Assembly (NCBI GenBank): GCA_965237955.1
Contig: OZ250169.1
Span: 4,896,001 to 4,960,000, forward strand
DNA: 64,000 nt
DNA from: Candidatus Marinacidobacterales bacterium
GTDB lineage: Bacteria > Acidobacteriota > Vicinamibacteria > Marinacidobacterales > SMYC01
Direction: 5' to 3'
Positions within the stretch are counted from its first letter, which is position 1, and every line of letters starts with the position of its first letter. Below, piece after piece: positions 9,930 to 20,178 of the stretch. A model generated the notes under the pieces. It made no database searches, had not been told where the DNA came from, and saw only the letters and a program-made list of their open reading frames with translations. Both the position numbers and the translations under genes were made by a program.

Positions 9930-11558
9930 GCCTCTCCTGCCATTTCAGTGGATCCTCTCGAGGGTGAGACCGCCACAGTTTAGGTAGACGAGACTGATGA
10001 GAGCTTCGGCAGAGTGGAGTCCAAAGCTGCGGTGGCTCAGCAGCCGGATTTTGTTGTTCATTCCTTCGAGTCGGCCGTTGCTGAGTCTCCACGTGACCCA
10101 CGCGATGACGCCATCGAAGTGGCTGCGGATCATCTTCGCCGCGCGTTTGACGGGCTCTATCCTCGAGCTCATAGCGCGCCGCAGCCATCCTCGGAGAAAC
10201 TTCTTGGCCCATGTCTCGGTTTTGTAGGTGTAGAGGTCCATGAAGTTGTCGCGCAGAAGCATGGCGCGGTAGAGGCGACGATTAGCTCGCACCTGCTCGC
10301 GGAGCACCCGTTTGTCTTTCGCGCTGCGGTTGTGTTTGGCCTTGAGAAGGGGAAACTTGGTGTTCTTGAGGTTGTGCCGGGCAGTCCCTTTGAGCTCGCG
10401 CACCAGCTCGCGCCGGGTCTTATCCACGGCCTCGTTCAGATGCTTGACGATGTGGAAGCGGTCAAAGATCACCCGTGCCTGAGGAGCCTTTTTGCCGACG
10501 ACAGTTATGTACGGCTCCCACATGTCCATGCTGACCGCTTCGAGCTCCGCGGCTCTTTGTGGTCCGAGCTTGCGGAAAAACCGCAGCAGCGTCTTGGCCT
10601 TGCGCTCCTTTCCCGCCCAGACGACCCGGCCGCTGAGATGGTCTATTACCACTGTTAAGTACTTGTGGCGTTTGCGGTAGCTGATCTCGTCCATCCCAAT
10701 CACCCGCAATCCATCGAGCTCGCGCCGCTCATCCCGCTGCTCGGCAACCACTCGCTGGATGATCCGTCGCACCGAACGCCACGTCACTCGGAAATAGTTC
10801 GCTACGGCGCTGACGTCCGTCCTCTGTGCCAGCCACGCTACCTCTTGTTCGAAGCTTTTGGTAAAGCGGCTTCCCTTGTCTGCCCAAGGCACCTTTTCTC
10901 TGACCACTCCACACCGCCGACATACCACTCGTCGGATCGAGTAGCGAAGATAGGTCCGGACTCCGAACAGGTCCAAGTGCCGCCAGTAGCGATTGTAGCG
11001 ATCTTTGTTCTTGCGGACCTTTCGTCCGCAAATCCCGCACAGAGGCTTCCTCCTCCGTGGTACTACATCCACCACCACTCTGGCTTTGTCCGCCTGGAAG
11101 TGGAAACCTCGGACCCACAGGCCTTGCAATCCGATGAGCTTGTTGACTAACGTAGTAACGCGCATCGCGGGAACGCTCTTTTCTCTTTCGGAAAAAAAGA
11201 TTCTAGCGTTCTCGCCGATGCGCATCTACACATGGCTTACCCTCTCAACCCACGGGCCTCACCAAATGCCACTGCCCCTCAGCGGGAGACAAGGCTGTGG
11301 GAAACGCCCCCACGGTTCTGGTCGTTCAGACCTTGCTCACGACTGAGTTCTCTTCGAAGCCTGGAAGGGCGTTTTCCATAGCCTCCACTAATCGAGCCCC
11401 CCCTTCCTTATTCCATATGAATTAATCTTTCTTGTATATATATCAGGAGGGGCCTGTGGGCGCTCGTGGGAAACGCGAAGCGTTTTCCACAATCGCGGCA
11501 GCGTCCATAGGCCATGCCCTCCAACACAAATCAGATCCCCCGAAACGACAGGAGAACC
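9930..11558 (-). mobile_element. ISL3-family element A
   Basis: IRs GCCTCTCCTGCCATTTC / rc GGTTCTCCTGTCGTTTC; 8-bp TSD AAAAAAAA at 9922-9929 and 11559-11566. Confidence 0.9.
9945..11165 (-). CDS. ISL3 transposase
   Basis: Zn finger CGICG...CRRCG; motifs IGMDE, SMDMW, FDRFH, LEGMNNKI. Confidence 0.92.
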   Translation of the reverse strand: MRVTTLVNKLIGLQGLWVRGFHFQADKARVVVDVVPRRRKPLCGICGRKVRKNKDRYNRYWRHLDLFGVRTYLRYSIRRVVCRRCGVVREKVPWADKGSRFTKSFEQEVAWLAQRTDVSAVANYFRVTWRSVRRIIQRVVAEQRDERRELDGLRVIGMDEISYRKRHKYLTVVIDHLSGRVVWAGKERKAKTLLRFFRKLGPQRAAELEAVSMDMWEPYITVVGKKAPQARVIFDRFHIVKHLNEAVDKTRRELVRELKGTARHNLKNTKFPLLKAKHNRSAKDKRVLREQVRANRRLYRAMLLRDNFMDLYTYKTETWAKKFLRGWLRRAMSSRIEPVKRAAKMIRSHFDGVIAWVTWRLSNGRLEGMNNKIRLLSHRSFGLHSAEALISLVYLNCGGLTLERIH

Positions 11559-11568
11559 AAAAAAAACT

Positions 11569-12952
11569 GGGTCTACGCGGAAATCTGTGGGCGAATGCTG
11601 ACGGAGAAATAGTGTAACTCATTGTGTGGAAAAGGTATTCAGCACTTCATCAGGTGCTGAGAAGTGATCCGTTTTTAGGATAGGCTAACCGAGTGAAAAA
11701 TCCCCAGTCGATCCGCTCGCTTTTTGCGCTACCAGGTTTCGTGGCTGGCGCCCGATTGAACGGTGTATTCGGTGACCGATACGCCCGCGTCATCCAGCTC
11801 AAGAGGCGAAAAAAACAGCCGTGTGCTCGTACTGTGGGCATCGGTGCCGGGGGCGCTATGACAAGCAAGTGTGCCGGGTCCGCGACCTGTCGTTGGCAGG
11901 CTGGCGGATCTATCTGGAATACGAGCGTTGGCGCGTCAACTGTCGTGGGTGCGGTGGTGTGCATGTAGAACACTTGGACTGGCTGGCGAACAACCCGCGC
12001 TACACCCAGCGCTTTGCGACGCATGTGGGCAAGCTGTGCCGGGATATGCCGAACAAGGCGGTGGCCGAGATGGAACGTCTGCACCACACTACGGTGAAGG
12101 ACCTGGATAAGCTCTACATGCAAGAGCAAGTCGAGCGGGCGGGGCTGCCGGCGCCTCGGGCCATCGGTATCGATGAGATCTCCATCCGCAAGGGACATAA
12201 CTATCGTGTCATTGTCAGCGACCTGGAGCGGGCGCGTCCCATCTGGGTGGGCGGTGAGGGTCGCAAAGAAACCGACATCGATTTGTTCTTCAAGGCGCTG
12301 GGCGGGAAGAAAAGCGCCCGTATCAAGCTGGCCGCCATGGATATGTGGAAGCCCTTCCGGAACTCGGTGATTAACAACGCACCCAATGCGCGGATCATCT
12401 TCGACAAGTTTCATATCATGCGTCACCTGTCAAAGGCTCTCGATGAGGTCCGGCGCCGTGAGTACAAACGCCTCAGCGGCGAGGACCGGTCGTATATCAA
12501 GGGGCAGCGTTACACGTTGCTTTCCCGGCGGGAGAACCTGAGCCTGGACGGTCGCCGCGCACTCAAGAAGTTGCTCCAGGCCAACCGGCGCCTGAACACC
12601 GCCTATGTTTTGAAGGAGGCCTTCGGGCAACTCTGGGATTACCGCACCGAACGCGGGGCTCGCGCCTTTTTCACACGTTGGAAAGACAGCCTCAAATGGC
12701 AGCGCCTGCATCCCTACCAGAAGTTCGCCGGAATGATTGAGTCCCATTGGGATGGTATCGCCTCCTACTGTCATCCTGAGAACAAAGTCAGTCTCGGACT
12801 GGTTGAAGGGGTCAACAACAAAATCCGTGTTCTGCAACGACGCGCCTACGGCTATCGTGACGAGGGATATCTCAAGCTGAAGATCGTGGCGGCATTCCTT
12901 CCGCCATTACCCAGAAATGCCGTTTTCAACCCACACGAACCCGCGTAGACCC
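11569..12952 (+). mobile_element. ISL3-family element B
   Basis: IRs GGGTCTACGCGG / CCGCGTAGACCC; 8-bp TSD AAAAAACT at 11561-11568 and 12953-12960. Confidence 0.92.
11693..12948 (+). CDS. ISL3 transposase with probable -1 frameshift at GAAAAAAAC (~11807-11815)
   Basis: A short upstream ORF joins CSYCG...IGIDE...AMDMW...FDKFH...VEGVNNKI. The same A-tract is kept in the copy at 39749-40409. Confidence 0.85.
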
Positions 12953-12960
12953 AAAAAACT

Positions 12961-13935
12961 TGGGGAAGCCTGAGTGGTGCCTGGATTCCCCATGACCGTC
13001 GTGACGAGGTTGTCGACTTCGTGAACACAATCGCCACCAAGACCCAGCTTCCGGTCCAGCAGATCGTTCAGTGGTGCGGGATCGCTCGGGGCAAGTTCTA
13101 CGACTGGCGCAAGCGGTACGGGAAGGTGAATGAGCACAACGGCCTGGTGCCGCGGGATCACTGGATCGAAGAATGGGAGCGCCAGTCCGTGATCGACTAC
13201 TTCGACTGCCACCCACTGGACGGGTATCGCCGACTCACGTTCATGATGCTGGACGAAGACGTGGTGGCAGTTAGCCCCTCGACGACGTACCGGGTGTTGT
13301 CGAAGGCGGGTCGTCTGGACCGTTGGAACCCGAAGCCGTCGAAGAAGGGAACGGGCTTCGTTCAGCCGCTGCGAGCGCACCAGCACTGGCACACGGATAT
13401 CTCGTACTTGAACCTGGGTGGGACGTTCTACTACCTCTGCTCGTTTCTGGATGGTGCGAGCCGCGCGGTGGTTCACTGGGAGATTCGTGAGTCGATGACG
13501 GAAGCGGATGTGGAGTGCATCTTGGAGCGAGCAAAGGAGCGGTACCCCGATGCGCGGCCTCGAATCATCTCGGACAACGGTCCGCAGTACATCGCGAAGG
13601 ACTTCAAGGCATTCATCCGCATCTCAGGGATGACGCACGTGAGGACCGCGCCGTACTACCCGCAATCGAACGGGAAGATCGAGCGTTGGCACAAGACGAT
13701 AAAATCGGACGCCCTGCGTCCTGCCAGCCCCACGAGCCTCGAAGAGGCTCGCCGCTTGATGGAACGATTCGTCGAATATTACAACGGGGTTCGCCTGCAC
13801 AGCGCGATCGGCTACATTGCGCCGCTGGACTTCATGGATGGCAAGGCCACCCAGATCTGGTCGGAGCGAGACCGCAAACTCGAGCAGGCTCGGAAGCTGC
13901 GGCGTGAGCGCCGTGCGAACAAGGTGCCCGCATGA
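12961..13935 (+). CDS. IS3 OrfB (DDE integrase core), separated from OrfA by the ISL3 insertions
   Basis: WHTDISY, ISDNGPQY, PQSNGKIERW, YNGVRLHSAIGY. Confidence 0.9.
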   Translation, partial: WGSLSGAWIPHDRRDEVVDFVNTIATKTQLPVQQIVQWCGIARGKFYDWRKRYGKVNEHNGLVPRDHWIEEWERQSVIDYFDCHPLDGYRRLTFMMLDEDVVAVSPSTTYRVLSKAGRLDRWNPKPSKKGTGFVQPLRAHQHWHTDISYLNLGGTFYYLCSFLDGASRAVVHWEIRESMTEADVECILERAKERYPDARPRIISDNGPQYIAKDFKAFIRISGMTHVRTAPYYPQSNGKIERWHKTIKSDALRPASPTSLEEARRLMERFVEYYNGVRLHSAIGYIAPLDFMDGKATQIWSERDRKLEQARKLRRERRANKVPA

Positions 13936-13964
13936 ACACTCTGATCCCAGGAGCCCCACTCCGT

Positions 13965-14097
13965 TCCCTCTCGCCCACAAGCATTGAGTACCAGAGAGCG
14001 CAGGGGGCGTCAAGGGCGGCGAAGCCGGCGCGCGCAGCGCGCTTTACCCTTGACGCCCCCGAGCACTCTGGTACTCAATGCTTGTGGGCGAGAGGGG
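13965..14097. repeat. Long inverted repeat (~130-nt hairpin) in the IS3 right end
   Basis: 31-bp perfect arms at 13966-13996 and 14066-14096, plus an inner GGGGGCGTCAAGGG/CCCTTGACGCCCCC stem. Confidence 0.9.
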
Positions 14098-15235
14098 ACA
14101 TCCTGCCGCCGGGCGTTGCGTTAACGTCCAACCTCGCTGTCATCTTCACGCTGAACCAATACAGTCTGTTGCGGGGCTCATTTCGTCCAAACGAATCGAT
14201 CTGCCGACTACGCGCGCTGCACCGACAGCGCGGCAACCTCGTCGAGCAGGGTATTCGAGCCATTCATTGGATACAAAAGTCTCTCGACCAAATGAACGTG
14301 CAGGTTCATCATGCGGTGACCGATATTACCGGCAAGACCGGGATGCGCATCGTGCGCGCCATCGTCGATGGCGAGCGCGACCCGTTGAAGCTTGCTGCGT
14401 TGCGTGACCGACGCTGCAAGAAGAGTGAAGAGCAAATCGCGGAGCATCTGACCGGCAATTGGCGTGACGAGCATCTTTTCAACCTCGCATCCGCTCTGCG
14501 TTTCTACGATTTGCTGCAAGCTGAAATCCGACTCTTCGACCAGCGCATCCTTGAAGTGCTCACGGAACTTCAGCCGCCAGAACGTAGACTCGAAACCGTG
14601 CCAGCCCATCCCAAGCCACAAAAACGATACGACATGCGCAATCGAGGCGAAGACGAAATCCGCAACGAGCTGTGGCGTTTTGCTGGCCGTGACCTCACTC
14701 TGATTGATGGCATCAGTCCCACCACCGCCGCCATCATCCTCACCGAGATCGGATGCGACCTCTCCTATTTTCCCAGCGAAAAACACTTCGTCTCATGGCT
14801 ACGCCTCGTTCCACGTCGCCCTATCTCCGGCGGTAAGCAACTCAAAAAACGTCCCAATGGCACCGGCTCCAATCGTATCGCCGGGGCCCTGCGTATGGCC
14901 GCTGTAGCTCTCTCGCGATCCAAGACGGCCCTCGGGGCTTACTATCGCCGTGTCGCTCGTCGTAACGATGGGAATACCGCCGTCTTTGCTACCGCGCGCA
15001 AACTTGCCCAGCTCGTCTTCCGCTTGCTCAAGTTCGGACAAAACTACATCGACATCGGCGAGCAGGCCTTCGAAGAGCGCTTTCGCCAAAAACACTTCAA
15101 CGGCATAAGAAGAGCAGCCGAAGCGCTCGGTTTCACTCTCACTCCCAACGCCGTCGTAAATTAGTTTCCGGTCAGCTACGCCCCCGGCCGGAGGCCGGGC
15201 CTATCAAGTAGGAAACTACCAAAGCTGGTAGAAAG

Positions 15236-15410
15236 GTTGTCGGTGAAGGCTCCGGCAGCGAGCCCCGTACTGTCATTGGTGCATGATGCCCCAGGGTCAG
15301 CTTGGGTCCGAGCCGGCTCCCTATCATTGGCGAGGCTTCCAACGAAAGCACTCCCCACGGTCAGAATCCATTCGATCGCCATCTCGGGCCGGAGCCTTCG
15401 CTCACAAAAT
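15236..15410 (+). ncRNA. Putative bridge RNA of IS110 element 2
   Basis: GAAGGCTCCGGC/GCCGGAGCCTTC stem; CCCTATCA at 15319-15326; CGGTCAG at 15358-15364. Confidence 0.6.
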
Positions 15411-15427
15411 ACACTTGAGGTGAGCGA

Positions 15428-16812
15428 ATGAACAAACGAAGGAAGAGCAAAGCGGCGAAGCGTCTCTCACGGAATTCCCTGCCGTCGATACGACCGATGG
15501 TAGCGGGCATCGATCTCGGGAGTCGAGAGCATTGGGTCTGCGGTCCGCAGCTAGCTGATGGTCGGCCGAACGTGCGGGTGTTTTCCACGACAACGCCGGC
15601 GCTGGTTGAGCTTGCGGATTGGCTTATCGAGCAAGGTGTGGAGTCGGTGGCGATGGAAAGCACCCACGTCTATTGGATTCCGGTTTATGAGTTGCTCGAA
15701 TCCCGTGGTATCGAGGTCGTTCTTGTCAACGCTCGGCAGCTGAAGAACGTTCCGGGTCGCAAAACCGATATGCAAGATTGTCAATGGCTGCAGACGTTAC
15801 ACAGCTGCGGACTTCTGCGTGGCTCGTTTCGCCCGGGGGAGTCGATTTGCCGATTACGCTCGATGCACCGGCAGCGTCAAGAACTAATCGAGCATCGGGG
15901 CCAAGCCGTCCAATGGATGCAGAAGGCTCTGGACCAGATGAACGTGCAAGTCCACCGTGCGGTGACCGACATTACCGGTAAGACCGGAATGCTCATCGTT
16001 CGTGCCATCGTTTCTGGCGAACGTGACCCGATGAAGCTCGCCGAGTTTCGAGATCATCGATGCAAGAAAAGCGTAGACGAAATCGCAGAGCATCTCACCG
16101 GCACTTGGCGTGACGAGCATCTTTTCAATCTCGCATCGGCGCTGCGCCTTTACGATGTGCTACAAGCCGAAATCGAACTCTACGACCAGCGTCTATCCGT
16201 GAAGTGGTCATCGAGCTTCAGCCGACCGAGCGCAGACACGACAGTGTGCCCGCTCATCCGAACCCGAACAAGCAAAGCGCCATGCGGCGCCGCGGCGAGC
16301 AGGAACAGCGAACCGAACTGTGGCGTTTTGCTGGATGCGATCTCACCCGCATCGACGGCATCAGCCCCGATACCGCCGCGATCCTACTCACCGAGGTCGG
16401 GTTCGACCTCTCTGCCTTCCCCAGTGAAAATCACTTTGTCTCGTGGCTCCGTCTTGCGCCGCGCCGCCCCATCTCGGGTGGAAAGCTACTCTACAAACGC
16501 CCCAATGGCACCGGCTCCAACCGTATCGCCGGTGCCTTACGCATGGCTGCATTGTCACTCAACCGTTCGAAGACCGCACTTGGTGCTTACTATCGCCGCA
16601 TCGCCCGACGTAAAGACGCTAAAACCGCGATCTTTGCCACCGCAAGAAAGCTCGCTCAGCTCGTCTTCCGCATGCTCAAATATGGTCACGAATACACAGA
16701 CATCGGTGCATCTGCCTTCGAGGAGCGCTTTCGCCGAAACCACATCAACGGCTTGCGAAAGGCAGCCGAAAAGCTCGGCTTTACACTCACTCCCGAGGCT
16801 GCTGCAAAGTAG
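15428..16812 (+). pseudogene. IS110 recombinase, frameshifted near 16195
   Basis: DEDD motifs in the first frame; the C-terminal half (RIDGIS, PISGGK) is in ORF 16204-16812. Confidence 0.85.
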
Positions 16813-16873
16813 TTTCCGGTCAGATTTCTTGATGTTGCGTAATCGCGGGAGATGAGGAGAGGTTCAGAGAGTC

Positions 16874-17324
16874 TCACGAACAGCAGCTGGGCTCGCAACA
16901 GGGTTCTTCGGTCTTCGCCGCTTGCACGGCCGGATCGCTTTCGTCGGTGACGTCGCCTTCCTTCACGACGAACACTTCCCAGCGGTAGCCGTTGGGATCG
17001 CTGACCCACACCTTGTCTTGGAGCGCGTAGCAACAGACAGTGTCGTTTTCTTCGAGGGTCTCGAAGCCGGCTTCGGAGAGACGCTTGGTTGCTTTGGCGA
17101 CCTCTTCCGCCGAGCTCACCTGAATACCTAGATGGTTGAGCGCACCCGGGTCGCGCGGCGCTTCCTTGCTTTTGTTGAGGGTGAAGTTGAGCCCGGGCTC
17201 TCGGAGCTCGAACTTCGCGTAGCCGGGTTTCAGCTTCACCGGCTCGCTGCCGAAAAAGCCCCGGTAGAAAGCGACTGGACTCGTCGAACTTGTTGGTGTT
17301 GAGAGCAACGTGAATCTTGTTCAT
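16874..17324 (-). pseudogene. ArsI/CadI-family VOC metalloenzyme, frameshift near the 5' end
   Basis: MNKIHVALN joins VAFY...GYAKF...LNHLGIQV...CCYALQDKVWVSDPNG.WEVF. Confidence 0.8.
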
Positions 17325-17401
17325 CTTTGCCTCCTATGGTTCTAGAAAAATCGAACTGTTTGGCGAAACCTGTGTCCCTGCGGTGGAAGACCTCATCGGA
17401 G

Positions 17402-17728
17402 TTATGCCTTTGCGGGGACGGAGATGTTGACGACGGGCTGGCGAGTGCAGCACTCGGCGTAGAGAAAGTTCAAGAGGACTTGGAGTTGCGCGGTGCCGGC
17501 GCGATAGCGGAGAAATCGGCCTTCGCGTTCCTGCTCGACGAGGTCTTCGTGGCGAAGTGCGTCGAGGTGGTGCGAGAGGGTGGACGCCGGGATAGCGAGC
17601 TCATCCTGCAGCTCGCCGACGACGAGCCCTCCGGGGTGCGCTGCGAGCAGGAGACGGATGATGGCGACCCGGTTTTCGTGCCCGAGGGCCGCGAACATGC
17701 GTGCTACCTCCGCTGACAGCTCATCCAT
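17402..17728 (-). CDS. arsR: ArsR/SmtB transcriptional repressor
   Basis: FAALGHENRVAI...STLSHHL...C-terminal ECC; lies upstream of the ArsI-like gene. Confidence 0.85.
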   Translation of the reverse strand: MDELSAEVARMFAALGHENRVAIIRLLLAAHPGGLVVGELQDELAIPASTLSHHLDALRHEDLVEQEREGRFLRYRAGTAQLQVLLNFLYAECCTRQPVVNISVPAKA

Positions 17729-17797
17729 ATTTCGATTATTCCAGAACTATCGTTTCATGTCAAGTGAAATGTACAATGAATCTCGAGGAGGCGAAGA

Positions 17798-19432
17798 ATG
17801 AATCGCTTAGTCGTTGCATCGAGTCTGGTTGCTCTGCTGGTAGCATGTGAGGCGCCGCCACCTTATGAGGCTGACGAGACGGAAGTGGCGAGCCCGATGC
17901 AGCAGCGGCTCGCCAAGTACACCACCGTGCGGCTCACCGCAGATGTCGGCACGCTCTCGGAAGCCGAGCGCGCGATGATCCCGCATCTCATCCGCGCGGC
18001 GCAGGCGATGGAAGGTGCCTACTGGCAGCAGGCGTACGGCGATCGTGACGAGTTGATGGCCAGTCTCGAGGATGAAGACGCGCGCACATTCGCGGTGATC
18101 AATTTCGGCCCCTGGGATCGTTTGGCCAACAACGAGCCCTTCATCGACGGCGTCGAAGCGAAGCCCGCGGGCGCGAACTTCTATCCGGCCGACATGACGA
18201 AAGACGAGCTCGATGGTGCCGCGCTCGAAAGCCTGTACACGATGGTGCGCCGCGACGAAGAAGGCAATCTCACCGCGATCCCGTATTCCGTGTTTTTTGA
18301 AGATGCTTACGGCACCGCGGCGGAAGAGCTTCGCGCGGCGGCCGAGCTCGCCGAGGATCCAGGACTGAAACGCTACCTCGAGCTCCGTGCGGATGCACTC
18401 CTCAGCGACGACTATCGCGCGAGCGACATGGCGTGGATGGATATGAAAGACAACACGCTCGACATCGTCATCGGTCCAATTGAGACGTACGAGGATCAGT
18501 TGTTCGGTTTCAAAGCCGCGAACGAGTCGTTCGTGCTCGTGAAAGATCAAGAGTGGAGTAACCGGCTCTCCCGGTACGTGACCCTTCTACCCGAGCTTCA
18601 GAAGTCGATTCCGGTGGACGATGCTTACAAGCAGGAAACCCCGGGCCTCGACTCCGATTTGAACGCGTACGATGTCGTTTACTACGCGGGCGACGCGAAC
18701 GCGGGCTCGAAGGCGATCGCCGTCAACTTGCCGAACGATGAAGACGTTCAGCTGCAAAAGGGAACCCGACGACTGCAGCTCAAGAATGCCATGCGCGCGA
18801 AGTTCGACAAGATTCTTCTGCCGATAATAGACGCGCTCATCGCCGAGGAGCAGCGCTCGCTCGTCAACTTCGATGCGTTTTTTTCCAACATCATGTTCCA
18901 TGAAGTCGCGCACGGTCTCGGGATCAAGAACACGATCAACGGCCGAGGTCGGGTTCGCCAGGCGCTTCAGGAGCGCGCGTCCGCGCTCGAAGAAGCAAAA
19001 GCCGACGTCCTCGGTCTCTATATGATCACAGAGCTTGCGAACAAGGGTGAGCTCGACGACGACAACCTCGACGATAACTACGTCACGTTCCTGGCATCGA
19101 TCTTCCGCTCGGTTCGCTTCGGCGCGGCGAGCGCCCATGGTCGGGCGAACTTGATGCAGCTCAACTTTCTCGAAGAGAAAGGCGCGTTCTCGTACGATGC
19201 GGATTCAGGGACGTACGAAGTCGATCTCGAGACCATGGGCGACGCCGTCAACGAGCTCGCGGGCGTCATCTTGAAATTCCAGGGTGACGGCGACTACGAA
19301 GGGCTCGGGGAGTTCATGGAGACGTATCAGGTCGTCGGCGACGCGTTGCAGCAGAACCTCGATCGTCTCGGTGACGAAGGTATTCCTGTTGACGTCGTGT
19401 TCGAGCAAGGTGCGGACGTCCTCGGGCTCTAG
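17798..19432 (+). CDS. Zn-dependent peptidase, M49/dipeptidyl-peptidase-III-like lipoprotein
   Basis: Lipobox LVAC; IGPIETYED, AVNLPND, HEVAHGLG, EEAKAD. Confidence 0.85.
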   Translation: MNRLVVASSLVALLVACEAPPPYEADETEVASPMQQRLAKYTTVRLTADVGTLSEAERAMIPHLIRAAQAMEGAYWQQAYGDRDELMASLEDEDARTFAVINFGPWDRLANNEPFIDGVEAKPAGANFYPADMTKDELDGAALESLYTMVRRDEEGNLTAIPYSVFFEDAYGTAAEELRAAAELAEDPGLKRYLELRADALLSDDYRASDMAWMDMKDNTLDIVIGPIETYEDQLFGFKAANESFVLVKDQEWSNRLSRYVTLLPELQKSIPVDDAYKQETPGLDSDLNAYDVVYYAGDANAGSKAIAVNLPNDEDVQLQKGTRRLQLKNAMRAKFDKILLPIIDALIAEEQRSLVNFDAFFSNIMFHEVAHGLGIKNTINGRGRVRQALQERASALEEAKADVLGLYMITELANKGELDDDNLDDNYVTFLASIFRSVRFGAASAHGRANLMQLNFLEEKGAFSYDADSGTYEVDLETMGDAVNELAGVILKFQGDGDYEGLGEFMETYQVVGDALQQNLDRLGDEGIPVDVVFEQGADVLGL

Positions 19433-19642
19433 TCGAGGTCCGACGCTGTGAGGGGCCGTAGTGAGTCGAGCCCGTCTTCGGGCTCGGCGAAGATCTCGTC
19501 GAGCTCCCGGAGAACGTCGCGCTCCTGTTTCGAGCGCCGTATGCGGCATCGGATTTCCCAGTTGGGCCGCTCTCCGAGACGTCGAGGGTTCGATGTCGAT
19601 GAACCAGCCATCGCGCTCGACCTTGATGAGCCCGTTTCCCAT
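19429..19642 (-). other. Possible small hypothetical gene, frameshifted
   Basis: MGNGLIKVERDGWFIDIEP may join WEIRCRIRR...SDLD*; no family recognised. Confidence 0.25.
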
Positions 19643-19699
19643 GTTCGCCCCAACCCACATTATAGTAATGTACGCCGCGAGTCACTGAGGAGGATACGC

Positions 19700-20086
19700 G
19701 TGCCAGATAATAAAGACATCAAAGACGTCCAACACGTTCGCTGGGACGACATGCCCAAGGAAAAGCTCACCGAATATCTCGACCGGCGCATCATCACCGG
19801 CGAGAAGGGGATGCTGACCCACGTCTACATGAAAAAGGGCTGTCAGGTGCCGATGCACCATCATGAGAACGAGCAGATCACATACGTTCTCGAAGGTGCG
19901 TTGAAGTTCTGGGTCGGCTCGGAAGACGCCGAGCCCATCGTCGTGCGCGCTGGGGAAGTGCTCGTACTGCCTTCGAACGTTCCTCACAAAGCCGAGGCTC
20001 TCGAGGACACGCTCGACGTCGATATCTTCTCGCCTCCGCGCCAGGACTGGCTCGAAGGCACCGATGACTACCTCCGACAACAATAG
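19700..20086 (+). CDS. Cupin-domain protein
   Basis: PMHHHENEQITYVLEG and PSNVPH cupin motifs; RBS GAGGAGG before GTG. Confidence 0.85.
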   Translation: MPDNKDIKDVQHVRWDDMPKEKLTEYLDRRIITGEKGMLTHVYMKKGCQVPMHHHENEQITYVLEGALKFWVGSEDAEPIVVRAGEVLVLPSNVPHKAEALEDTLDVDIFSPPRQDWLEGTDDYLRQQ

Positions 20087-20178
20087 ATCCACGACGTTTT
20101 GGACCGGTTGTCCCTTCTATTTATTCATCCGCGGCCCCCGACTTGATTCCGCGTCACTCGCCGCGCCAACATCCTGGC

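Larger units (their letters stand above)
9567..14163 (+). mobile_element. IS3-family element (contains two ISL3 insertions)
   Basis: Imperfect IRs TATTTCGGTTCAGC / rc TGTATTGGTTCAGC; 4-bp TSD GTCT at 9563-9566 and 14164-14167. Confidence 0.9.
9178..15164 (+). pseudogene. IS110 DEDD recombinase, split by IS3 insertion
   Basis: GIDIG, MEST and KTDMQD (DEDD) before the insertion; LLRGSFRP...PISGGK after it. Removing the insert and one GTCT restores CGLLRGS. Confidence 0.9.
8952..15174 (+). mobile_element. IS110-family element 1, interrupted by an IS3/ISL3 stack
   Basis: TCA at both ends; subterminal GAAACTA/TAGTTTC inverted repeats; transposase halves at 9178-9566 and 14168-15164. Confidence 0.85.
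15204..16822 (+). mobile_element. IS110-family element 2
   Basis: Same TCA ends, subterminal repeats and right end TAGTTTCCGGTCA as element 1. Confidence 0.85.

Noticed and set aside
13932-15164. 410-aa ORF as a novel fusion protein
   Set aside because: Chance read-through from the IS3 right end into the 3' half of the interrupted IS110 gene.
8906-16828. GAAATCT/AGATTTC flanks suggesting the IS110 target is an attC site
   Set aside because: Only 7 bp of complementarity and no L/R box architecture.
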